A program made the position numbers and the translations under genes. Of a DNA stretch of 64,000 bases, positions 46,687-56,195 are shown one piece after another. The DNA lies in NCBI GenBank assembly GCA_026413965.1, contig JAOAJY010000001.1, positions 125,275 through 189,274 on the forward strand, read 5' to 3'. The first letter of the stretch is position 1, and every line of letters starts with the position of its first letter. This stretch comes from Candidatus Micrarchaeota archaeon (lineage in GTDB: Archaea > Micrarchaeota > Micrarchaeia > Anstonellales > Anstonellaceae). Below the pieces are notes generated by a model, which ran no database searches, had not been told where the DNA came from, and worked only from the letters and a program-made list of their open reading frames with translations.

Positions 46687-47679
46687 ATGGCGCCTCCTCT
46701 GGATTTTTCAGGGCAATCCTTCGCATTCAGCGCAGCCATTTTGGCTGCAACCATCTCCATACTCTTGGGCGGCATGCTTTTTGGGGTGGGGCTTGCTTTT
46801 GGGCTCAGGAGAATAAGGCTTGCCGGGCAGGAGGAAATAGCCCAAGGCATAATATCGGCAGCAATGGCAGGCGGCATCATATCATTTGCTGTCCTTTTGG
46901 ACTCGCTTTCTGCGCAGGCGGCTTTCGGCTCTTCCCTGCCAGTCTGCCCATCGGTCCAAAATCCCAGCCAGTCTGCCTTTTCGGCATATCTTTGCCATCT
47001 TGAAAGCAGGGCGCAGGCTTATCTTAGGCTGGCAGGCGCGCTTTCAAGGTCCTCGGACATATGCGGGTTCGCAGGCTCGCTTGTGGTTTCAGCAGGGGCA
47101 GTGCAAGCCCAGCCTTTCTTCTCCCTGGAGGCTGCCTCAAAGTCTCTCTTTGGCCTTTCGCAAGATGCCTACTGGCTGCATGCAATCGCTTCCATGCAGT
47201 TTCAGGCTGCTGATGCCTTGAGGGCAGGCGCCCTGCTGGTGTTTCTTCCTGCTGGGCTGCTCTTGAGGACTTTTTTTGCCACCAGAAAGATAGGCGCAGC
47301 GGCAATGGCTGCCGCAGTCTCCATATACATGTTTTTTCCGCTTCTCTTCCTTTACACATTTCCGGCAAGCAAAGCCCTTGCCGAGTCCCAAAGGGCAGCT
47401 GAGGCTTCGGAAGAGTTCAACTCGCAGTTTGCTTCCATCCCTCTTCTTGACTTGGAGCAGCCTTCTTCCGTCAGGAGCAAAATGGACTTCATGGCGCAGC
47501 AGGATTTCAGCTCCCGCCTGCAGCCCATCTTTTCGCTCTCCTCCCGCGCGGTTGCCTTAGGATTCCCAGACTTGGTCCTTTACCCAATCCTCTCTCTTCT
47601 GCTTTCTCTTGTTGCTGCAGCCCAGCTTTACAGCATATTCTCCATGCAGATATTTTTGCCAAGATACGATTTGATATGA
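46687..47679 (+). CDS. Polytopic membrane protein (CedA/VirB6-like by pattern)
   Basis: About five TM helices; GLLLRTFFATRKIGAAAMAAAVSIYMFFP segment. Confidence 0.55.
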   Translation: MAPPLDFSGQSFAFSAAILAATISILLGGMLFGVGLAFGLRRIRLAGQEEIAQGIISAAMAGGIISFAVLLDSLSAQAAFGSSLPVCPSVQNPSQSAFSAYLCHLESRAQAYLRLAGALSRSSDICGFAGSLVVSAGAVQAQPFFSLEAASKSLFGLSQDAYWLHAIASMQFQAADALRAGALLVFLPAGLLLRTFFATRKIGAAAMAAAVSIYMFFPLLFLYTFPASKALAESQRAAEASEEFNSQFASIPLLDLEQPSSVRSKMDFMAQQDFSSRLQPIFSLSSRAVALGFPDLVLYPILSLLLSLVAAAQLYSIFSMQIFLPRYDLI

Positions 47680-48153
47680 CTAAAGGCTTTTTTCAAAAAG
47701 AGAAAGCGCCTTCCTTATTTTCTCAAAGGAGGTCTCCATCCTCTGCCTGTAGATGTGCGCCAGCGCCTCAGCCAAATCGTCGTTTTCCTGCTGGGGAGCC
47801 AGCACGAAGCGGTATTTTCTCCTTTTGCTTTCTATAAGCCCCAGCTTCTTGAGCTGAAGAAGATGGTATCTGACGGCTTTTGGGTTGGGCTCGGCTTTTT
47901 TCACCTGCCGAACCTTCTCAAGTATCTGGTGTATGTCTGGCTCGCTTCCGCCCTGCCTCATCTGATAATGCAAAGCCAAAAGAGCCTCCAGAACCTCAAG
48001 AAGGCCGGTCCGGGATTCTCTTGGCGAAATCAGCCCCAAAGACAAGGCAAGATATCTCACCAAGCCCTTTCTTGTCAGCTTCACATCCTCTGTCAGCTGC
48101 AAATCGCGGACGAGGCACTCCCCTCTTATAAGCGCGCTTTCAGGCATTTGCAT
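47680..48153 (-). CDS. Winged-helix DNA-binding protein
   Basis: ALSLGLISP.ESR, AVRYHLLQLKKLGLIE..RRKYRF. Confidence 0.7.
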   Translation of the reverse strand: MQMPESALIRGECLVRDLQLTEDVKLTRKGLVRYLALSLGLISPRESRTGLLEVLEALLALHYQMRQGGSEPDIHQILEKVRQVKKAEPNPKAVRYHLLQLKKLGLIESKRRKYRFVLAPQQENDDLAEALAHIYRQRMETSFEKIRKALSLFEKSL

Positions 48154-48212
48154 GCTTTAGCCTGCTCACACAAGATTAAAAAGTTCCACGGAATTATCAT
48201 TGTGGTGAAAGC

Positions 48213-48578
48213 GTGCTCAACCCCTCCACCCACTTTTCCCCCATACGCATGGAGGCTTACGTGAGAAACGAGGTTGAGATGGAAGTTTCGGTCAAAAACG
48301 AGGGCAACGAGCCTCTTTGGGTGGAGGCGGACGTGGCTGTGCCTGAAGCAATATCTCTTGCCCCTGACAGGCTGCTTTCACGAGGAAGAATGCGCATAGG
48401 GATAGCGCTTCCGGGCGAAAGGATATCAAAGAAAGTGAAGATTTTCGGGGGAGCCAGCTCTTATCCTGACACATACGCCATCCGCATCACATTTTTCGGC
48501 TATGGGAAGGACGGCACAATCGCGCAAAGGTGCGAGCTTAGGTCTGACTTGCGCTGCGAGAGGGCAGGGCATGCCTGA
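48213..48578 (+). CDS. Hypothetical beta-sandwich (Ig-like) protein
   Basis: Alternating beta pattern, VKNEG, LPGE, YAIRIT; GGTGA SD. Confidence 0.6.
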   Translation: MLNPSTHFSPIRMEAYVRNEVEMEVSVKNEGNEPLWVEADVAVPEAISLAPDRLLSRGRMRIGIALPGERISKKVKIFGGASSYPDTYAIRITFFGYGKDGTIAQRCELRSDLRCERAGHA

Positions 48579-49074
48579 TTCATCCATCCAGCATTTGCAA
48601 GCGCGGCTGCTTTTTCTCTTCAGCCTCTTTCTTGGCGCAGCCTTCTTTTTCCTCGGTGTGCTGGACGGCTTGTTTTTCCAGCCTCCTGAGTATTCAAAAA
48701 GCGCCTTTGGGATGGCTTTTTCAAGGGAGGACCTATATTACGCCTCCCTGACCTTGTCGGTTGCGCTTTTTTGCGCAGCCTTTGCCTTGGCAGCCGAGAT
48801 AGGGCGGTCCATCAAGCCATCTGCCCTCAGGTTTTTTCTTTTCGCCTCAGCTAGCTCAATCCTGTTTTCTGTCTGGATTTGGGCTATTGGGTGGATGCAA
48901 ATCTCCCCGACAATGTTTTCAGGGGCAAACAAGCCTCTTGATTTGTGGCGCTTTGGAGGCACAGCAATCTACATAAACACATTTGATTTTCCTCTGCTTA
49001 TCGCAGCTTCGCTTGCCGCCCACATCCTGCTTATCTATCAAGCCTCAAAGACAAGCTGGCTTTCGCAAGGCTAA
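48571..49074 (+). CDS. Hypothetical four-TM membrane protein
   Basis: Hydrophobic helices; ATG overlaps the upstream gene end (ATGCCTGA). Confidence 0.6.
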   Translation: MPDSSIQHLQARLLFLFSLFLGAAFFFLGVLDGLFFQPPEYSKSAFGMAFSREDLYYASLTLSVALFCAAFALAAEIGRSIKPSALRFFLFASASSILFSVWIWAIGWMQISPTMFSGANKPLDLWRFGGTAIYINTFDFPLLIAASLAAHILLIYQASKTSWLSQG

Positions 49075-49682
49075 TCCCATCCCTCAGCTTTTCTTGCCAC
49101 AATAGGCTCAACTTGCGCAAGAACATGCGAAAAAACCTCGTCCTTTGGCTTGGAGGCATCAATGACTGCGTACTTGTAGGACAAGAAGCCCTCCCTGGCC
49201 ATCCGAAGGTAGTTCTTGCGGACTTTCTCCAAGAATGCTACATCGCGCTCGTGCCTGTCAGGCGATTTTTGGCTTCTTTTCCTTGCCGCCCCTTCCTTTG
49301 CAGCTATGTCCATCACCAAAACCAATTCAGGCACAACCGCGCGGCTTTCCAAAAGCATCTTCTTGACTTTCCCATAGCCAGCTGATGCGCCTTGGTATGC
49401 CAGCGTGGAGTGGAAATACCTGTCGCACACCACCACCAGCCCCTGCCTGATCTCCTGCATTATCTTGCTTTGCTCTTTCAGCATGTCCTGCGCAAAAATT
49501 TCGGCAAGCCGGCAGGCAGGGACCTCCTTCTCCCCATAAAGATGCTGCAGAGCCTCTTTGGCTTTTCTTGTTGGGTATTTGTGCACCTTGTGCCCTATCC
49601 TGCTCTGCCTGAAAAACCTGGAAAGCATGCCCACCTGGATTCCCTTTCCTGAGCCGTCTATGCCCTCAAAGACAATCAGCAT
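49071..49682 (-). CDS. tmk: Thymidylate kinase
   Basis: FEGIDGSGK, CDRYFHSTLAYQG. Confidence 0.92.
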   Translation of the reverse strand: MLIVFEGIDGSGKGIQVGMLSRFFRQSRIGHKVHKYPTRKAKEALQHLYGEKEVPACRLAEIFAQDMLKEQSKIMQEIRQGLVVVCDRYFHSTLAYQGASAGYGKVKKMLLESRAVVPELVLVMDIAAKEGAARKRSQKSPDRHERDVAFLEKVRKNYLRMAREGFLSYKYAVIDASKPKDEVFSHVLAQVEPIVARKAEGWD

Positions 49683-49734
49683 GCATCTTCAATCGCCTGC
49701 ATCCAATTTAAACGGTTATCCTATAACCTTTACC

Positions 49735-50706
49735 ATGGGCACAATATTGGTCACAGGAGCAGCAGGCAGGCTGGGCTCGCTGGTTTGCTCTGCTCTCCTT
49801 TCAGAAGGCTATTTTGTGCGAGGAATCGTGAAGCCGGGCTCAAAAGCCTCTCTTCCAGCTGGCGCTGAGAGGGAAGAAGCAGATTTGGTACTTCCCATTC
49901 CAGCCTCCGCATTCTCAGACGTTGAGGCGGTGGTTCATTGCGCAGGGCTTGTGGGCGAAAAGCCATACGGCCAGCTTCTGGTGCACAACGCTTTTGCAGT
50001 CAAAAACCTTCTTGCAAGCTGCCCTGAAAGCGTTGAAAAAATCATCCTGGCAAGCTCCATATCAGTCTATGGGCAGCATCCAGGGGTGGTGGCAGACGAG
50101 TCCTTTCCGACCAATCCTGACACCAACTATGGAAAAAGCAAGCTTCTTGCGGAAATGTTCGCAAGAGACTACAGGGACGCAAAATCCATCTGCTTGCTCA
50201 GGTTTGGCATGATATACGGCTCCTCTTTCACAGACGGGTATTTTCAAGTCCTAAGCATGCTGCAAAGCGGAAAGATGAGGATTGTGGGGGATGGGCGCAA
50301 CCGCCTGCCTCTTTTGCACCAAGCGGATGCGGTTTCTTCTGTCTTTGAGGCGCTGAATTCATGCCGCCCTGGATGCCATGAGTACAACATCGTGGGGTGC
50401 GAGCAAAAGACGCAGCGGGAGCTTCTTTCAATAGCCGCAGGCTTTCTGGGCGTGCCTGCCCCGTCCAAGTCTGTGCCTGCTTTTGCCGCAATCCTGGCTG
50501 TTAAAGCCCAGAGGGCTCTTTCTTTTTTGAGGCTCGCCAAGCCGCCCAGCCTGACAGAGGAGAACATAAGGCAGCTCTCATCAGACAGGGCATACTCCAC
50601 AGACAAGGCAAGGAAGGAGCTGGGCTTTGAGGCAAAGGTTAAATTAGAGGATGGCATCAACGAAGTGGTGCAAAGCTATCTCTCCTGGAGGAGAGGGAGC
50701 AAGTGA
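49735..50706 (+). CDS. NAD-dependent epimerase/dehydratase (extended SDR)
   Basis: TGAAGRLG, SSISVYG, YGKSK. Confidence 0.88.
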   Translation: MGTILVTGAAGRLGSLVCSALLSEGYFVRGIVKPGSKASLPAGAEREEADLVLPIPASAFSDVEAVVHCAGLVGEKPYGQLLVHNAFAVKNLLASCPESVEKIILASSISVYGQHPGVVADESFPTNPDTNYGKSKLLAEMFARDYRDAKSICLLRFGMIYGSSFTDGYFQVLSMLQSGKMRIVGDGRNRLPLLHQADAVSSVFEALNSCRPGCHEYNIVGCEQKTQRELLSIAAGFLGVPAPSKSVPAFAAILAVKAQRALSFLRLAKPPSLTEENIRQLSSDRAYSTDKARKELGFEAKVKLEDGINEVVQSYLSWRRGSK

Positions 50707-50710
50707 TTGG

Positions 50711-51478
50711 ATGGGCAAGGTTGAAAATTACATAAAAGAGGGCATCGCAAGCAAAGGCGGGCTTCTTTTTGCCCTAATAGACCCGGTGGATTACCCAAGC
50801 CCAAAGCAGGCGATTGAAGCAGGGATAAGCTCTTCTGAGGCAGGGGCAGACATTGTGCTTATTGGAGGAAGCATAGGGGCGCAGGGAGAGCTTTTGGACA
50901 ATGTGGCTTGCGGGATAAAGGACAAATCCAGCGCCCCAGTCGTCCTCTTCCCAGGCAACATCTCCACAGTCACAAAGCATGCGGATGCGATTTACTTCAT
51001 GTCTCTTCTCAACAGCAGAAACCCATATTGGATTTCTCAGGCGCAGGCGCTCTCCGCCAGGATAGTCAAGCAGATGGGCATTGAGGCTCTTCCAGTTGGA
51101 TATATAGTTGTTGAGCCAGGAGGGACGGTGGGGTGGGTTGGCGATGTGAATTTGGTCCCCCGCGACAAGCCGCACATAGCGGCTTCTCTTGCGATGGCAG
51201 CAGAGCTCAGCGGCTCGCGCATGGTCTTGACTGATTGCGGAAGCAACCCCAAGGAAGGGCATATCCCGCTTGAGATGGTATCAGCAGTGGCAAAATCCAT
51301 ATCAGTCCCATACATAGTGGGCGGCGGCGTGCGCACTCCAAAAGAGGCAGCTGCTGTGATATCTGCCGGCGCCGGAGCGGTGCAGGTGGGGACTGCTCTT
51401 GAAAGAGGGGGGAATGTGGGAAAAAGGGTTGCCGAGCTTGCCAGAGCCGTGCTTGAGGCAGGCAAGAAAAAAATCTGA
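50711..51478 (+). CDS. Geranylgeranylglyceryl-phosphate synthase (group II)
   Basis: LIDP, IGGS, LFPG, SLLNSRNPYWI, GYIVVEPG, VGGGVR. Confidence 0.9.
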   Translation: MGKVENYIKEGIASKGGLLFALIDPVDYPSPKQAIEAGISSSEAGADIVLIGGSIGAQGELLDNVACGIKDKSSAPVVLFPGNISTVTKHADAIYFMSLLNSRNPYWISQAQALSARIVKQMGIEALPVGYIVVEPGGTVGWVGDVNLVPRDKPHIAASLAMAAELSGSRMVLTDCGSNPKEGHIPLEMVSAVAKSISVPYIVGGGVRTPKEAAAVISAGAGAVQVGTALERGGNVGKRVAELARAVLEAGKKKI

Positions 51479-51493
51479 TTCAGGCAAATCCCT

Positions 51494-52105
51494 GTGGTTG
51501 AGATGGAGATCTCGTTTGGCAGCCTCAGGATTTCTGTCTGCGAGTCAGTCTATCAGCCTTCAGAAGACTCCTTCCTTCTTGCTGCATATGCCTCCTCGCT
51601 GTCTGGAAAGATTTTGGACATGGGGACTGGCACAGGCATCGTTGCCCTTGCGGCAGCATCCTCCAATCCGCGCAATGATGTTGTCGGGCTGGACATCAGC
51701 CAAAAAGCGGTGGAGTGCGCAAAAAAGAACGCCGCAGCAAACGGAGTCTCCAACGCGGTTTTTTTCCAATCAGACCTTTTCTCAGCCACCAGCGAGAAAT
51801 TTGACGCCATCCTTTTCAACCCCCCCTATCTTCCGACAACAAGGGAGGAGAGGCTTTTGCTTGGGGATGAGAATTTGGCTTATGATGGCGGCGAATCCGG
51901 GCTTGAGGTATTCCGCAGGTTCGTTTCCCAAGCCCCAAGCCATCTTTTCTTGGGCGGCAAAATCGCAGTCATAGGCACTTCTCTTGGGGATGGGATAGAA
52001 AAGGCAATGGAGGAGCTTGAGTCAAGGGTGGGGCCCGCATCCGTGCTTGCGCAAGAATCCTTCTTTTTTGAGAAGATAGCCTTGATTGAAGCGGTGTTGA
52101 GATGA
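51494..52105 (+). CDS. HemK2/Mtq2-type release-factor glutamine methyltransferase
   Basis: VYQPSEDSFLL, DMGTGTG, FNPPYLP, DGG. Confidence 0.9.
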   Translation: MVEMEISFGSLRISVCESVYQPSEDSFLLAAYASSLSGKILDMGTGTGIVALAAASSNPRNDVVGLDISQKAVECAKKNAAANGVSNAVFFQSDLFSATSEKFDAILFNPPYLPTTREERLLLGDENLAYDGGESGLEVFRRFVSQAPSHLFLGGKIAVIGTSLGDGIEKAMEELESRVGPASVLAQESFFFEKIALIEAVLR

Positions 52106-52863
52106 GCCAAGGGAGATTCCGCATTGTCTTGGTTGAGCCAGAGTATGAAATCAACGTCGGCTCGGTTGCCCGCGCCATGAAGAATTTCGGGTTCTCCGAG
52201 CTTTTTTTGGTCAAGCCAAAATGCGACCACCTGGGATTTGACGCAGTGAAATTCTCCAAGCACGCTCGGGATGTTTTGGAGGGCGCAAAGGTTGTGCAGA
52301 CTTTGGAGGATGCCTTCGCAGGCTGCAAATTCCGGGTGGGGACGACAGGCGTGCTTTTCCGCCACTGGGACAAGACAATAAGAAGCCCAATCCCAATAAA
52401 GTCCCTTGCAAGCAAGCTGAAAGCCGAAAAGGAAGGGCGGGTGGCGATCCTATTCGGAAATGAGGGGACAGGGCTTTCTGAGCAGGACATTTCCGCATGC
52501 GATTTTCTTGCCACCATCCCGACAAGCAGCCAGTACCCTGTGCTCAACCTCTCGCATGCCGCAGCCATTGTCTTATATGAGCTTTCAGGATTGGAGAGCC
52601 AGGCATTTGTGCCTGCAGGCGAAAAAGAGAAGGAAAAGCTCATCGAAACCTTTTTCCTTTATGTTGAAAGGTATGCCCATGCCATGAGAAATCCCAGAAA
52701 GGCAAAGATAGCATTCAGGCGCATGGTTGGCAAATCCATGCTGACTGACAAAGAGTGCGCCTCTATACTTGGGGTTTTGAGGAGGGCATACCGGGAGCTT
52801 CCAGCTGTTGAAGCCAAAAGGCAAAAGAACAGATGCCATGCAGGCAGAAAAGCCCTTCCTTAG
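52102..52863 (+). CDS. trmJ: TrmJ/SpoU-family tRNA methyltransferase
   Basis: NVGSVARAMKNFG, FGNEGTGLS, YPVLNLSHA. Confidence 0.88.
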   Translation: MSQGRFRIVLVEPEYEINVGSVARAMKNFGFSELFLVKPKCDHLGFDAVKFSKHARDVLEGAKVVQTLEDAFAGCKFRVGTTGVLFRHWDKTIRSPIPIKSLASKLKAEKEGRVAILFGNEGTGLSEQDISACDFLATIPTSSQYPVLNLSHAAAIVLYELSGLESQAFVPAGEKEKEKLIETFFLYVERYAHAMRNPRKAKIAFRRMVGKSMLTDKECASILGVLRRAYRELPAVEAKRQKNRCHAGRKALP

Positions 52864-53225
52864 CGCTTTTTGCTCTTGACAATCTTGACTTTTGAGGGCG
52901 TCAGCAGTATTTTGTCATTGTCAATCCTGGCGATGTCTCCGTTTATCTTTGTGATGAACATCTTTATGTTGTCAATGGTCTGCCTCAGCTTGTTTGGCTG
53001 CTTGCTCATGGGGGAGACATTGAGAAGGATTATGTTCTTGGCTTTCAGCTCATCCATTATCACTGAGACATCAGCTTCGCTTTCCAAAGCAATAGGCTTC
53101 ACATAAAAGTCTGCTGCCTCATGCAGAACATCCACATTCTCCATCTCAACAGCATTCATGTATTCCTCAAGGTTCATCTCTTTGGATATGCCTATGCTTT
53201 TGGTAATCTTTTCAAGTATGCCCAT
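52860..53225 (-). CDS. sepF: Cell division protein SepF
   Basis: N-terminal amphipathic helix MGILEKI, NIILLN, GDIARI...ILLTP. Confidence 0.9.
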   Translation of the reverse strand: MGILEKITKSIGISKEMNLEEYMNAVEMENVDVLHEAADFYVKPIALESEADVSVIMDELKAKNIILLNVSPMSKQPNKLRQTIDNIKMFITKINGDIARIDNDKILLTPSKVKIVKSKKR

Positions 53226-53327
53226 CTTACCACCTCAAGCCTGTAGAATACAACAGCATTGCTTTTTCGGTGTATACCTTAATAAGCCTTTTCTCGCCAT
53301 GAAACCTTCCTGCGCCAAGGCGAGCTT

Positions 53328-54569
53328 ATGCCGTCCTTTTCGGAGATTTTGAGCAAACCAACCGTTTTTGCAGACCGCAACGTGCTTTCGCCCCACTATG
53401 TGCCAGAGACGCTGCCATTCAGGGAAAAAGAGATAGAGCGGATAATGGTCTGGCTTTCTCCGGCTTTGAAAAATGAGCGCCCGCGCAACATATTCATCTA
53501 CGGCAAGACTGGGACAGGGAAAACCTGCTCGGTCAAGCACGTGTTGTCCAAGCTCTCCCAGCACAAGTCAAGCGCCTTCTCCTGCTACATAAATTGCAGG
53601 ATGTACAATTCCAGGTACCGTGTCATACAGAAGATAACAAAAGACCTGCTTCCAAGCTTGGACTCCATGGGCTTTGGGCTAGCCATGCTTTATGAGAAGA
53701 TGATGCACTCTGTTGACTTCGGAGATGCGCAGGCAGGCGCAGAGAGCGGAGGGCAGGCTGGCAAAAGGCTCATTGTGGTCCTTGACGAAGTTGACATGGT
53801 GAAAGACCTGGACGACTTGCTTTACACCCTGACCAGGTGCAACGATGAGCTCAAAAGAGGAAGCGTCAGCCTAATAGGGATATCAAACAAGCTTTCATTC
53901 AAGGACCAGCTGGGGCAGCGCTCCAAAAGCTCCCTGTGCGAAAACGAGATGGTCTTCGCCCCATACACCGCAAACCAGCTGCAGTCAATAATTGCCCAGC
54001 GGGCGCAAATCGGTTTCAAGCCAGGGGTGGTGGAGGAGTCCGCAATCAACCTTGCGGCTGCCATAACTGGCCAGGATGTTGGGGATGCAAGATATGCGCT
54101 CAAGCTTCTTATGAAAGCAGGGGAAATAGCGGACGAAAAGGGGCTGTCCAAAATCACAGACAAGGAGGTGGATGAGGCGCGGCGCTCGGTTGACAGGGAT
54201 GTGGTTTTTGAAGCCATCTCCACCCTTCCTGACCATCAGCAGCTGGTTTTGCTGGCTGTTGCCAATTTGGCTTTGGACAAAGGAAAGAACACCCGGCTTG
54301 CGGAAGCAGGCGAGGAGGATGCTCAGCTCCTCATATCAGGCGAGGTTTATGAGGAATACTCCAAAATGTGCAGAAGATACCGCAAGCCAAGAAGAAGCGC
54401 AAGGTGGTACCGCGAATACCTCAACGACTTGGAGATGCTTGGGCTGATAACCACCATAGAATCCGGGGCAGGAATGAGGGGAAGGACCAGGCTCATACGC
54501 ATAGGCTATCCTGCCTCTGATGTGAAAAAGATAGTGGAGAAAAACTTCCAGATAATAGAGTCTCCTTGA
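53328..54569 (+). CDS. cdc6: Orc1/Cdc6 replication initiator
   Basis: YVPETLPFRE, YGKTGTGKT, LDEVD, PYTANQL, GDARYAL, C-terminal winged helix GMRGRTR. Confidence 0.95.
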   Translation: MPSFSEILSKPTVFADRNVLSPHYVPETLPFREKEIERIMVWLSPALKNERPRNIFIYGKTGTGKTCSVKHVLSKLSQHKSSAFSCYINCRMYNSRYRVIQKITKDLLPSLDSMGFGLAMLYEKMMHSVDFGDAQAGAESGGQAGKRLIVVLDEVDMVKDLDDLLYTLTRCNDELKRGSVSLIGISNKLSFKDQLGQRSKSSLCENEMVFAPYTANQLQSIIAQRAQIGFKPGVVEESAINLAAAITGQDVGDARYALKLLMKAGEIADEKGLSKITDKEVDEARRSVDRDVVFEAISTLPDHQQLVLLAVANLALDKGKNTRLAEAGEEDAQLLISGEVYEEYSKMCRRYRKPRRSARWYREYLNDLEMLGLITTIESGAGMRGRTRLIRIGYPASDVKKIVEKNFQIIESP

Positions 54570-54578
54570 GGTGAGAGC

Positions 54579-55118
54579 ATGCCCTCCCAGCAAAAAACAT
54601 TCTCCCTTCTTTTTGAGTCGCTTTCGCTCAAAAAGCTGCCTCGGATGGGCTGGGTGGCAGAGGGCGCCCCAAGGGAATCTTTGGCGGACCACTCGTTTGG
54701 GGCAGCTGTTATTGCTTTGGCTTTGGCTCGGATGGAGGGGCTGGATGAGAAAGAAGAGGCAAAGCTTGTCCGCATGGCATTGCTTCATGACATGCACGAG
54801 TGCAGGATAGGGGACCTCTCCCGCCTGCAAAGGCAATATGTTGCCGCTGACTGCGTTAGGGCAGAAAAAGAGCTTTTTGGGGGGACGCATCTTGAAGGCG
54901 AGCTGGAGCTTCTGCAGGCAGGCAAGGCAAGCAGGCTGGCAGCGCTTTGCAAAGACGCAGACAAGCTGGACATGCTTTTCCAAGCGATTGACTATTCCAA
55001 CAGGGGAAGCTTGGGGATGGGCAGGTTCATCCGCTCAGCCCTAAAGCAGATAAAGTCCGCCTCCGGCAAAAAGCTTGCCCGGATGGCGCTAAAGAAGCTG
55101 AGAAGGAAAAGGATTTAG
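54579..55118 (+). CDS. HD-domain hydrolase (YfbR/HDDC2-like 5'-nucleotidase)
   Basis: RMGW, ESLADHS, LLHDMHE..IGD, DADKLD. Confidence 0.88.
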   Translation: MPSQQKTFSLLFESLSLKKLPRMGWVAEGAPRESLADHSFGAAVIALALARMEGLDEKEEAKLVRMALLHDMHECRIGDLSRLQRQYVAADCVRAEKELFGGTHLEGELELLQAGKASRLAALCKDADKLDMLFQAIDYSNRGSLGMGRFIRSALKQIKSASGKKLARMALKKLRRKRI

Positions 55119-55119
55119 G

Positions 55120-55374
55120 ATGGAGCTTAAAGAGGCAGTTGGATTTGCGGCGGCGATAGCCACCACTTTGGGGTTTCTTCCAAAGACCTATCATGTTTGG
55201 AAAAGCCGGTCAGCCAAGAATATAGAGTGGTGGCTTATCGGGGTTTTCTGGCTTGATGTTGCGCTTTGGTTTGCCTATGGCATGCTGATTGCAAGCAAGC
55301 CCACTTTGGCAGCTTCGGGGCTGATAGGCATTCTGGTCGGATGCATAACCGCTGCGAAGCTCAAATTCGGCTGA
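55120..55374 (+). CDS. SemiSWEET/PQ-loop family three-TM transporter
   Basis: VGFAAAIATTLGFLP, W..YG, K.KFG end; PQ motif reads PK. Confidence 0.75.
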   Translation: MELKEAVGFAAAIATTLGFLPKTYHVWKSRSAKNIEWWLIGVFWLDVALWFAYGMLIASKPTLAASGLIGILVGCITAAKLKFG

Positions 55375-55377
55375 GGC

Positions 55378-55665
55378 TCACTGGTCCATAAGCTCAAGGG
55401 CTTTTTTGACAGACATGCCCTCGCGTATCCCCAAGTCGTCAGCCCAGGTGGTGAATGACTTTATCTTCGCCTTGAAGAACTCATCCCAGTTCTTGACTCC
55501 GCTGACAAAAGCAGCCACGTCGCCAAACCTTTCGGCAGCCTCTTTTGATATGTATCCGCAGGCGACATACCCTTTTTTTGCCTTCACAATAAGCAAAGGC
55601 ACGTTGCCTAATGGAAAGCTAACCCCTACATATTCCCTTCCTTCAAAAGTCAGCTTCTCTTCCAT
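55378..55665 (-). CDS. YunC (DUF1805) family protein
   Basis: KGYVACGY, AAFVSGV, LGIREGM; AGGTGA SD. Confidence 0.85.
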   Translation of the reverse strand: MEEKLTFEGREYVGVSFPLGNVPLLIVKAKKGYVACGYISKEAAERFGDVAAFVSGVKNWDEFFKAKIKSFTTWADDLGIREGMSVKKALELMDQ

Positions 55666-55696
55666 GGCATCACCTTTCTTGTGGGCTGATGGAGGG

Positions 55697-55990
55697 CTAC
55701 CACCTGCGCCCGCTGTTCCACCTTTCAGAAGGCTGCCTGGGCTGCCTGCCGCCTCTCTCGGCTTGCCTGGCAGCTCGGCTTTTGAGCTTTTCGAATATCC
55801 GCTTGGCTTTCGCGCAAGATATGCAATAGTGCTTCTCCACAAATGTGGAGGTGCGCACATCATCTCCGGTTTTGAGGTCTGTGGAATACACATTTGTGGT
55901 GGTGTAGGTTATCATCTTGTCCCTTGGGATAGTCCTGCCGCAAGCATCGCATGAGCTTGGCCTCTCCCTTCCCCGAGTCCTGCGGACCAT
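55697..55990 (-). CDS. rps26e: 30S ribosomal protein eS26
   Basis: RGR, CDACGR.IPRDK, YCISCA zinc motif. Confidence 0.82.
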   Translation of the reverse strand: MVRRTRGRERPSSCDACGRTIPRDKMITYTTTNVYSTDLKTGDDVRTSTFVEKHYCISCAKAKRIFEKLKSRAARQAERGGRQPRQPSERWNSGRRW

Positions 55991-55991
55991 T

Positions 55992-56186
55992 CTAAACACC
56001 CTGCCCCTGTATCTTTATGGCATACCTTCCCGGAGCCTTCACCTCCAGCTTTTTCCCTATCTCTGAATTCTCCGGGTCAATCACGACAATCTGCCCCATG
56101 AACTTCTCCGTCAAGTTCTTGGATTGGCAAGAGGGGCACTCATCAGCTTCCTCTACAATCAGCCTGCAATTGGCGCATGCTCTCAT
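55992..56186 (-). CDS. spt4: Transcription elongation factor Spt4 (RpoE'')
   Basis: RACANC, CPSC, IDPENSEI, PGRYAIK. Confidence 0.92.
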   Translation of the reverse strand: MRACANCRLIVEEADECPSCQSKNLTEKFMGQIVVIDPENSEIGKKLEVKAPGRYAIKIQGQGV

Positions 56187-56195
56187 AAAACCATC

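Noticed and set aside
53226-53327. Replication origin next to cdc6
   Set aside because: The gap is only ~100 bp, with no ORB-like repeats, G-strings or extended AT-rich element
55378-55893. 171-aa ORF overlapping eS26
   Set aside because: The real start is ATG 55665 after an AGGTGA SD; the upstream part is an alternative frame of rps26e
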